A DNA stretch of 19,047 bases, taken from contig JBBDJA010000023.1 of the NCBI GenBank assembly GCA_040880105.1, positions 1-19,047 on the forward strand, written 5' to 3'. The stretch comes from Waddliaceae bacterium (GTDB taxonomy: Bacteria > Chlamydiota > Chlamydiia > Chlamydiales > SLOH01). A program made the position numbers and the translations under genes. Below the pieces are notes generated by a model. It saw nothing but the letters and a program-made list of their open reading frames with translations. It did no database searches and was not told where the DNA came from. Shown one piece after another: positions 1 through 6,542 of the stretch (the first letter of the stretch is position 1; each line of letters starts with the position of its first letter).

Positions 1-570
1 CCATAGTCCTCGGAAACCGAAGAATGGACGGATGTATCCGCACTGATTAACTTCAAATTCTTTTGCAACCAAAGCATCGAATGTTTGGTACTTAAGATCA
101 TTGTTAAAGCTAACCGCAGCTGAAAATGTATCAACACCTACAATTGTTATAGGACTTACAAAAGAGCCGCTAGCATCGCTAGTGAAGCGAGTGTACGCAA
201 GGTACAGTTCCCAGTCACAGCAATCGTCAACTTTGTATCCAGCGAATACGCGGAATCCAACATTCCAATCATGGTTAGCTGACTGGAGCTCAATTGTTGT
301 TATGTCAATTAAGTCTACAACTTCTGTTACAGTAACAGCACCATAGTTTTGGTCCTTGTTTTCCGCTTTCCAGAACAACGCTTCAGCGCCAACATAGAAG
401 TTGGAATCGCATGGACATGGGCATGCGACCTGTGGGCAAGGGTTGCATGGATCGCAGTAGCTGCTTCCATAGTTGTTATAATAACCGTCAGCGTTTGCGC
501 TTGTTGCATTGAATGCGAGAAGCGATACGGCTCCGGTTAATAGTGTGTTTTTGATGTTTACGAAGTTCAT
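1..570 (-). CDS. MOMP-like / Legionella Lpg1974-type outer-membrane beta-barrel porin with Cys-rich N-terminus (3' end outside window; absent from ORF track)
   Basis: Manual translation from ATG at 570 (GGAG at 577-580) is open for 190 codons to the window edge: MNFVNIKNTLLTGAVSLLAFNATSANA|DGYYNNYGSSYCDPCNPCPQVACPCPCDSNFYVGAEALFWKAE...DWNVGFRVFAGY...WELYLAYTRF...LKYQTFDALVAKEF...IRPFFGFRGLW. It has a Sec signal ending A-N-A and amphipathic beta-strand motifs (F.VGAEALFW, W..GFR..GY, RPFFG.RG.W) typical of MOMP-like proteins of environmental chlamydiae. Confidence 0.85.
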   Translation of the reverse strand, partial: MNFVNIKNTLLTGAVSLLAFNATSANADGYYNNYGSSYCDPCNPCPQVACPCPCDSNFYVGAEALFWKAENKDQNYGAVTVTEVVDLIDITTIELQSANHDWNVGFRVFAGYKVDDCCDWELYLAYTRFTSDASGSFVSPITIVGVDTFSAAVSFNNDLKYQTFDALVAKEFEVNQCGYIRPFFGFRGLW

Positions 571-601
571 TATATTCTCCATAATGATGTTTAAACAGTC
601 T

Positions 602-637
602 TCTGGAAATGCCGCAGCATACTCCCTACGACCCAGA
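602..637 (-). promoter_or_regulatory. 5'-UTR stem-loop of the porin mRNA
   Basis: Minus strand UCUGG-GUCGUAG-[GGAGUAUG]-CUGCGGC-AUUU-CCAGA. Two positions pair as G-U only on the mRNA strand (C/A mismatches on the plus strand). It lies just downstream of a candidate -10 TATGAT (649-654). Confidence 0.55.
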
Positions 638-829
638 GTTCTAATGCAATCATATTTAAATTTTTCATAAGAAAAATGCAAGGCTTTTTTTTATGTTTAT
701 GAAAATCAAAATTGAAAAACAAGTTTATATCTGAAATGTAATATGTTTTTTTAGAGAAATGGTAAAAACCACTTAGTTGATTTTTAGAGGGTTAGGTGTA
801 TTAAAGTTTTTTTTGGGAAGAGTTAAGGG

Positions 830-3733
830 TTATTCTATTTCAGAATTTTCGTGATGCGGATTTCCATAATGATATAAATTTCTAAAAGCGGAGAGACTGC
901 GAATCTTAACATAATCAAAAGGTGTACTCTCTAATGTATTTCCTTTGATCAATATGGCAAGTCGTCTTTTGTTTTCTCTACCGAGCATCTCTTTAGTGAT
1001 TTGAATGAAGCGTTCGTAATTTAGGTTTTGCATGGCATCGATCTGTTTATCGATTCTATCAAACGCATCGTTGTAGGTAAACGAGAGCTTAGCAAGGGTC
1101 GCTCCCATCTCTTTTTGGCTTTTGGGTGACTGGGAAATGATGTAAAGTAGCGAGGCTTTAATTGTTTCAAACTCTTGGGGTGAGAGCGTTTGGTGTGTGA
1201 GTTCTTGCAAGTATCCTTCGATAAATTGCTCAAAGCGGCTAAGTAGATCCCTTGGACTATGGGTGTTGGATTGAACGGCGAAAAATTCAAAGAGGTTTTG
1301 GCTCAGCTCTTGCGCTTCGGAAAATACAATGTAGGCGGTTTGTTGTTTTGTCCTTAGGGTGTCAAAAAAGGGTTGTTTGATCGCTTGCATCAGGATTTTT
1401 TGGGCGGCTTTATTTTCAAAGGAAAAGGGGTGGTTTTGAATCGCAAGCAGCGTTGCATTCCCGGGCGCATCGGATTTTTCTTGGAAAAGGTAGGGTCCAT
1501 TCGTTTCGGGAAGCTGCGCGATTAAGTTTGGTTTATATTGTAGATAAGGCTTCGAGTTAAAGTTGTCTAGGAGAGAGCGCGTGATCCTCTCGGCATTCTT
1601 TGCTTCAATATTTCCGTAAATGACGGCTTTGACAAAGATTTTATCAAAGAGTGTAGATCGATATTCATTAAAAGTTTCAAAGTTAAGATTTAATAGTGCC
1701 GCTCGTTTTTCATCTTCTCTGTTGTAGTTTTCATAGAGTACTTTTTTAAGGATATCAGCGGCTGTATGAAGCGCGCTTTCTTGCTCTGCATTGTGGTACT
1801 GCTTGGCTAAGGATGATTTATATAATTCAAATTCTGCATTTGTAGGGGAGAGCGTAGCCATTAGAGTGAAGATTTGCTCAAGAAGATCTGACGATTTATC
1901 GGTGTAACCGTCTAATGTAACTTCTATGGCTTCATTACTCCTTGTAATGTCAAAACTGTAGCCGGCCATTTTTGCCGGGTAACTCATACTATTATAGGAT
2001 TCTTTAACAGCTTTTATGAAAAGTTCTGCAAGCACGACATTTGCAACGTCGGCACTTGAAACCAGAGGGGTTTGAATTTGAAAGTGATAGCTGACTTTCG
2101 GTGTCCCGTAAATTGTATCGGGCGCAAAATAGAGATTCAGTGTGTCGGTTTTTGTAATAAGAGATGGCGTCGGTATAATATGTGGTGAAATCTCTTCTTT
2201 TGAATAGATGAGCGAAAGGTCGCTTGGTATAAAGGGGTTTTCATCGGGAAGATCGATGGATGCATGCGGCTTTGCACCCTCCCATAGCATCCGGTCATTA
2301 GAGGGAATCTTTCGGACTTCATAGGGAATGTTAAGCCATGGTTCCATTTTGTTTAGAGCGGGCAGATACTGCTCGGGGAGTAGGTGGGTGATTAGGGCAT
2401 GCTTGGGTGAAAGAAACTCTGCAATCTTTTCAATCGTTTCAGGATCGTAGTGACTGTGGAGAAGCGACTCTTCCGGAAAGGTTGAAAACTCCTCTTGAAA
2501 AATGCGCATGGCGCTTTTCATCAGATAAGAAAACTCAGGATCGGGGTTTGGATGTTGATAGTTCAGCTGAATAAGTTTTTTGATGTTTTGAAAGGCGGTA
2601 TTAGAGATATTTTCCTCGCGGATCCGAGAAATCGCTTGGAAGACAAGGTGTGTGACTGCGCTTGGGTTTTTAACGCCTTGCTCTGTGAGTTCGATTTCAA
2701 TTGAGAATTGATGCGCTTTGTTACCGATTGGAAAAGTTCCGGTGGAGAGGTTTTCAGCAAGCTCTTCTTTTTTCAGTTGGGTCAGTAAGCTCTTTTCTCC
2801 CTCATGTCCAAGAATAAAGCTTAGGATGCTTGCGGCATTTGCGCCTTTTTCAGTGGAGAGCGAGGGGGGCAGATCCCAGGTGAGGATGAGCTTGGATTTA
2901 TTTTTAATGGGGGAGATGAAAAGGTAGGAGCTAAGGAGTTCATCAGGGAAGATATTTTCAACTATCTGATTTTCTTGCAGGCTGCGGTTTGGAACTTTTT
3001 CAAAGTTTTCTTCAACAAGAGTAAGTAATGTATCAAGGGGGAGCGGCGAGACGACGATGAGTCTCATTAGGTTTGCGCTGTAGTGCGTTTGATACCAGTC
3101 AATTAACGTTTCCCTAGAGATGTTTTCAAGCGTCTTTTTATTTCCGACATGGAACTGGCTGTGAGGGTGGTCATTACGAGAGAGCGCTTTTTGTACATAG
3201 TAGATACGGATGTCATCGTTCCCTTGGTCTTTTGCAAACTCTTGGTCGATCGCTTGAAGTTCGCGATCAATCCCCGAGGGATTGAAAATGGGTTCGTAAA
3301 AGAATTGAGAAAAGCGGTTGATGGTCTCGCGCATGGCATTTGTGTCTACAGTAAAGAGAAAACTTGTTTGAGAATTTGCGGTAAATGCGTTTGTCATTCC
3401 GCCGTTTTGCGCGATAAATCGGGAGAATTCTGCTTCATCGGGATGGCTTTTAGTTCCAAGAAAGAGCATATGCTCAAGAAAATGCGCCATTCCGGGAATC
3501 TCTTTGGGGTCTGACCAGCTGCCTACTTTTACAGAGAGGGCGGCACCTGACTGTTTGGCTTTAGGATTTGAGATAATATAGGCTTCAAGGCCATTGTTTA
3601 AGCGAATTTTCTTACTTTGGATCTTTTGAAAATACGGGGTTAGAATAGGGGTTGTCGCACGGTCGGGAAGCTCTTCATAGCTATATAGGGTGACATGGAG
3701 CAAAAGACAAAAGATGGAGGCAAGTATTTTCAT
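830..3733 (-). CDS. ptr: Insulinase/pitrilysin family (M16A) Zn metalloprotease, protease III-like, with signal peptide
   Basis: 967 aa. Inverted zincin motif in GMAHFLEHMLFLG, NGGMTNAFT, C-terminal FFDTLRTKQQTAYIV, hydrophobic N-terminal signal. Sits after plsB and RNase E/G as in chlamydial ptr-plsB-cafE. Confidence 0.93.
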   Translation of the reverse strand: MKILASIFCLLLHVTLYSYEELPDRATTPILTPYFQKIQSKKIRLNNGLEAYIISNPKAKQSGAALSVKVGSWSDPKEIPGMAHFLEHMLFLGTKSHPDEAEFSRFIAQNGGMTNAFTANSQTSFLFTVDTNAMRETINRFSQFFYEPIFNPSGIDRELQAIDQEFAKDQGNDDIRIYYVQKALSRNDHPHSQFHVGNKKTLENISRETLIDWYQTHYSANLMRLIVVSPLPLDTLLTLVEENFEKVPNRSLQENQIVENIFPDELLSSYLFISPIKNKSKLILTWDLPPSLSTEKGANAASILSFILGHEGEKSLLTQLKKEELAENLSTGTFPIGNKAHQFSIEIELTEQGVKNPSAVTHLVFQAISRIREENISNTAFQNIKKLIQLNYQHPNPDPEFSYLMKSAMRIFQEEFSTFPEESLLHSHYDPETIEKIAEFLSPKHALITHLLPEQYLPALNKMEPWLNIPYEVRKIPSNDRMLWEGAKPHASIDLPDENPFIPSDLSLIYSKEEISPHIIPTPSLITKTDTLNLYFAPDTIYGTPKVSYHFQIQTPLVSSADVANVVLAELFIKAVKESYNSMSYPAKMAGYSFDITRSNEAIEVTLDGYTDKSSDLLEQIFTLMATLSPTNAEFELYKSSLAKQYHNAEQESALHTAADILKKVLYENYNREDEKRAALLNLNFETFNEYRSTLFDKIFVKAVIYGNIEAKNAERITRSLLDNFNSKPYLQYKPNLIAQLPETNGPYLFQEKSDAPGNATLLAIQNHPFSFENKAAQKILMQAIKQPFFDTLRTKQQTAYIVFSEAQELSQNLFEFFAVQSNTHSPRDLLSRFEQFIEGYLQELTHQTLSPQEFETIKASLLYIISQSPKSQKEMGATLAKLSFTYNDAFDRIDKQIDAMQNLNYERFIQITKEMLGRENKRRLAILIKGNTLESTPFDYVKIRSLSAFRNLYHYGNPHHENSEIE

Positions 3734-3735
3734 TT

Positions 3736-4710
3736 TTATTCCTTGTGGATCGTCTGGTATAGGTCAAAGACTCTTTGCCACATTTTACGCGCCACTTCAT
3801 CTCGCATCTGTTTTACAATTTTTGTTTTTTCAAATGGCTTCCCAAAGGCAAGATGGAGCTCGGTATTACTGATTTTTCTCTTCTCACCAAGTTCCTTTTG
3901 AATGGTTTCAGGTGGGGGTGAGAGGTAGTGGGTGTAGAGCGCAAAAGGGTAGAGCGTTGTCTTTTTCTTTGCATGGTTAGAGAGGAAATTAAAGACCTCA
4001 ACACTTTGTGGATCAAAAGGTCTTGGGAGTAACATGCCGTCTTGAAACCGGTCTCTACCCCCGCTTGGAGCGACGTAAATGCACTTTCCGCCTTCGTCAA
4101 GTAGTTTTCTAAGTGCGCGCATGGATCTGCTGTTATGCAAGATTTTTTCGTGCCTTTTTTCGATGGGATGTTCGATATAGTGCTTTGAGTAGATACAAAG
4201 CAGATTGCATCCTAGGCTGAACGGAATGGCGAGCGGATCGTTTGTGACTCTGTGGCCGGCGACGAAAATAAGTGAGCGTAAAAGTATAGGGTAGTTCTCT
4301 TGAAGAAGAAGGGCCATTGCTTGAGGGTCAAGCTCGGATTGATGGTTAGCCATCAGGATGACGTTGTTCCCTTTGACGATCTCATCATTGATCTCATCTA
4401 GATACGAATCGCCGAAAATTTGCGATTCTTCAACTCGCACGACGGGGCGTATAAAGTCAATCCCGAACTTAAAGTAATCAAAAGGGGCGATGACTTTTTC
4501 ATGAAAAGAGTGAAATGGGGTTTTTTCGTTGACCTCTTGAGTCACAAGGTCGAGATACTGATTAAAGATCGGGTGCGAAATGTCCGTATCCACATTGTTT
4601 TGCTTAGCAGCCTCGACGTAGCTTTCAAATAGTTCTGCAACTGTTTCAATAAGAGAGCTTGGAAGCGCTCCCTTTTCTTTTTCCTCTTGTAGTCGCAAGT
4701 GGAAATTCAT
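3736..4710 (-). CDS. plsB: Glycerol-3-phosphate 1-O-acyltransferase, soluble plastid (ATS1)-like chlamydial type
   Basis: 324 aa. Acyltransferase HxxxxD motif NHQSELDP, plus FVAGHRVTNDPL..PFS.GCNLLCIYSK and YVAPSGGRDR, which match plastid/chlamydial GPAT. 2-nt gap to ptr. Confidence 0.9.
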   Translation of the reverse strand: MNFHLRLQEEKEKGALPSSLIETVAELFESYVEAAKQNNVDTDISHPIFNQYLDLVTQEVNEKTPFHSFHEKVIAPFDYFKFGIDFIRPVVRVEESQIFGDSYLDEINDEIVKGNNVILMANHQSELDPQAMALLLQENYPILLRSLIFVAGHRVTNDPLAIPFSLGCNLLCIYSKHYIEHPIEKRHEKILHNSRSMRALRKLLDEGGKCIYVAPSGGRDRFQDGMLLPRPFDPQSVEVFNFLSNHAKKKTTLYPFALYTHYLSPPPETIQKELGEKRKISNTELHLAFGKPFEKTKIVKQMRDEVARKMWQRVFDLYQTIHKE

Positions 4711-4712
4711 GC

Positions 4713-6230
4713 TTAAAATTCAAGTTTTTGCTTGTTAATCGTCGAATAAAAATGGAAGTCATTGAGATGCAGGGTATCGTCTGTATCTATCGTGAGCATT
4801 GCATTTCTCTCTTCGGCGATCTCTTTTAAATACTCGACGTCTTCTAAGACAAGATACTCATATAAGCTTGGGTGTACGACAAGTCGCAAGGCAAACTGCT
4901 GGTAGCACTCAATTCCTTTTTTCAAGGCGCGCTCAATTTCAATGCTGAGAGTTTCATGGGTCTTAATGAGCCCGGCTCCGTTGCAGTATGGGCAACTGGT
5001 GAAATAAATCTGCTCAAGAGAGCCGCGGCTGCGTTGACGTGTCATTTCCACAAGGCCGAAGTCGCTCATGGATAAAATGGTATTTTTAGAGGTGTCGCCT
5101 TTCATTTCTTCTTTTAGGCGGTCAAGAATGCGTCGTTGATTTTTGCGGTAGCGCATGTCGATAAAGTCGCAAATGATAAGTCCACCTAAATTTCGGAGTC
5201 TGAGCTGTCTTGCGATCTCTTCTGCTGCTTCTAAATTAATTTGAACGAGCGTCTCTTCAACGTTTTTTCCCCCTTCTTTGCTGCGTCCGGAGTTTACGTC
5301 AATGGTGTGCATCGCCTCAGTTTTTTCGATGAAGAGATAGCCACCGGTGGGTAGCCAAATCTTACGTCTTAGCGATTTTTCTATCTCCTTCTCGACATTA
5401 AAGCGTTCGAACATAGGGAATTTGTCGCGATAGAACTCGATTTTTAACGGGTGTTCCTTTTCATATTTTGCATACATTTTCTTGCATCGTTGGTATGTAG
5501 GGTAGTCGTCAATTAAGATGCGGTCAAAACGTTTGTCAACAGCTGTAAGAATAGTGCGTTTCAGGATGTCGGACTCTTCATACAAGAGCGTGGGCTTGGA
5601 GGTGTTATTATATCGATCTAAAACCTCGTTCCACGTCTCTAGCAGTTCGTTTGCTTCGGTAATCAACATGTCATCTGTTGCAATAGAGCTTGCAGTTCGG
5701 CAGATTAGCCCCATGTCTTGCGGAAGCTCAAACGAGCGGATGAGCCGTTTAAGTCTCTCTCTGACTGATCGGTTTTCAATTTTTCGCGAAACCCCTTTAT
5801 GGGCTGAGTTAGGAAGAAGGACAAGATAGCGTCCGGCAATAGAGACGTTAGCGGTCAATCTAGCGCCTTTTGTTCCGATGGGTTCCTTTACGACCTGAAC
5901 TAAAGCGGGAAGGCCCGGCTTCATCATTTCGGAAATGGATGACTTTTTCGGAGCTTCTTTGATCGCTTCTTCGTCGATGTCGTAAAATTTGGAGAGGTTT
6001 TCCACGTTTTTCTCCATGTCGGAGATGTGGATGAAACCGTTTTCACCTTCATCGATATCAATGAAAGCGGATTGAATATTTTCTAAAATGTTTAAAACGG
6101 ATCCACGGTATATGTTTCCGGTTAGCTGGCGTTTGTGTTTACGCTCGATGACAAGTGCGTCCAGCTGTCCGTTTTTTAGGTGAGCGTATCGAATCTCTTT
6201 TGATTCTATATTTAATAGGGCTTCGTGCAT
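4713..6230 (-). CDS. rng: Ribonuclease E/G family endoribonuclease (RNase G-sized, CafE)
   Basis: Start moved to ATG 6230 (MHEALLNIE; GGAG at 6236-6239), giving 505 aa. S1 domain (GNIYRG, AFIDI, QVVKEPIGTKGARLT), catalytic IDVNSG and ICDFIDM, Zn-link CPYC. No long C-terminal scaffold. Confidence 0.93.
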   Translation of the reverse strand: MHEALLNIESKEIRYAHLKNGQLDALVIERKHKRQLTGNIYRGSVLNILENIQSAFIDIDEGENGFIHISDMEKNVENLSKFYDIDEEAIKEAPKKSSISEMMKPGLPALVQVVKEPIGTKGARLTANVSIAGRYLVLLPNSAHKGVSRKIENRSVRERLKRLIRSFELPQDMGLICRTASSIATDDMLITEANELLETWNEVLDRYNNTSKPTLLYEESDILKRTILTAVDKRFDRILIDDYPTYQRCKKMYAKYEKEHPLKIEFYRDKFPMFERFNVEKEIEKSLRRKIWLPTGGYLFIEKTEAMHTIDVNSGRSKEGGKNVEETLVQINLEAAEEIARQLRLRNLGGLIICDFIDMRYRKNQRRILDRLKEEMKGDTSKNTILSMSDFGLVEMTRQRSRGSLEQIYFTSCPYCNGAGLIKTHETLSIEIERALKKGIECYQQFALRLVVHPSLYEYLVLEDVEYLKEIAEERNAMLTIDTDDTLHLNDFHFYSTINKQKLEF

Positions 6231-6252
6231 TTCGTCTCCAGAAATTTGTAGC

Positions 6253-6433
6253 AAGTGTTAGGGGGTGCAAATTTATAAAAAGCGTAATCGCTTTTATGAA
6301 TCCCCTCAAACCACTTATTGACGAAAGGCAACATCGGCTGTAGAGTAAATGTTTAAAAAAAAGTCGTTTTCCTCAATTTAAATGTCTGACCAGTCTCTAC
6401 ATCCATACTACAATCTAACGAATGCGTGTATGG
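6253..6433 (-). promoter_or_regulatory. Putative structured 5' leader of RNase E/G (three stem-loops)
   Basis: Inverted repeats seen by eye: 6253-6316 (AAGTG..GGGG..ATAAAAGCG-ATTA-CGCTTTTTAT..CCCC..CACTT on the minus strand), 6339-6345/6395-6401 (TGTAGAG/CTCTACA) and 6403-6408/6428-6433 (CCATAC/GTATGG). Confidence 0.45.
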
Positions 6434-6542
6434 GACCATTTTGTTACCTTGTTCAATTTTTGTAATCATCATAACTTGAATGCGGATTGAATTCTACAAA
6501 AAATAGGTCATGAGGAACTGAAACTTTTACAAAGAAAATTGA

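Noticed and set aside
101..540. ORF-track ORFs 101..346 (+), 327..509 (-) and 349..540 (+)
   Set aside because: Antisense or off-frame shadows of the porin CDS at 1..570 (-), which has an SD, signal peptide and family motifs.
786..832. Telomere-like AGGGTTAGG / GAGTTAAGGGTTA words after ptr
   Set aside because: Only two or three degenerate, non-tandem units; too few G-runs for a quadruplex.
6231..6254. TTG-start extension of RNase E/G
   Set aside because: GGAG at 6236-6239 is correctly spaced for ATG 6230.
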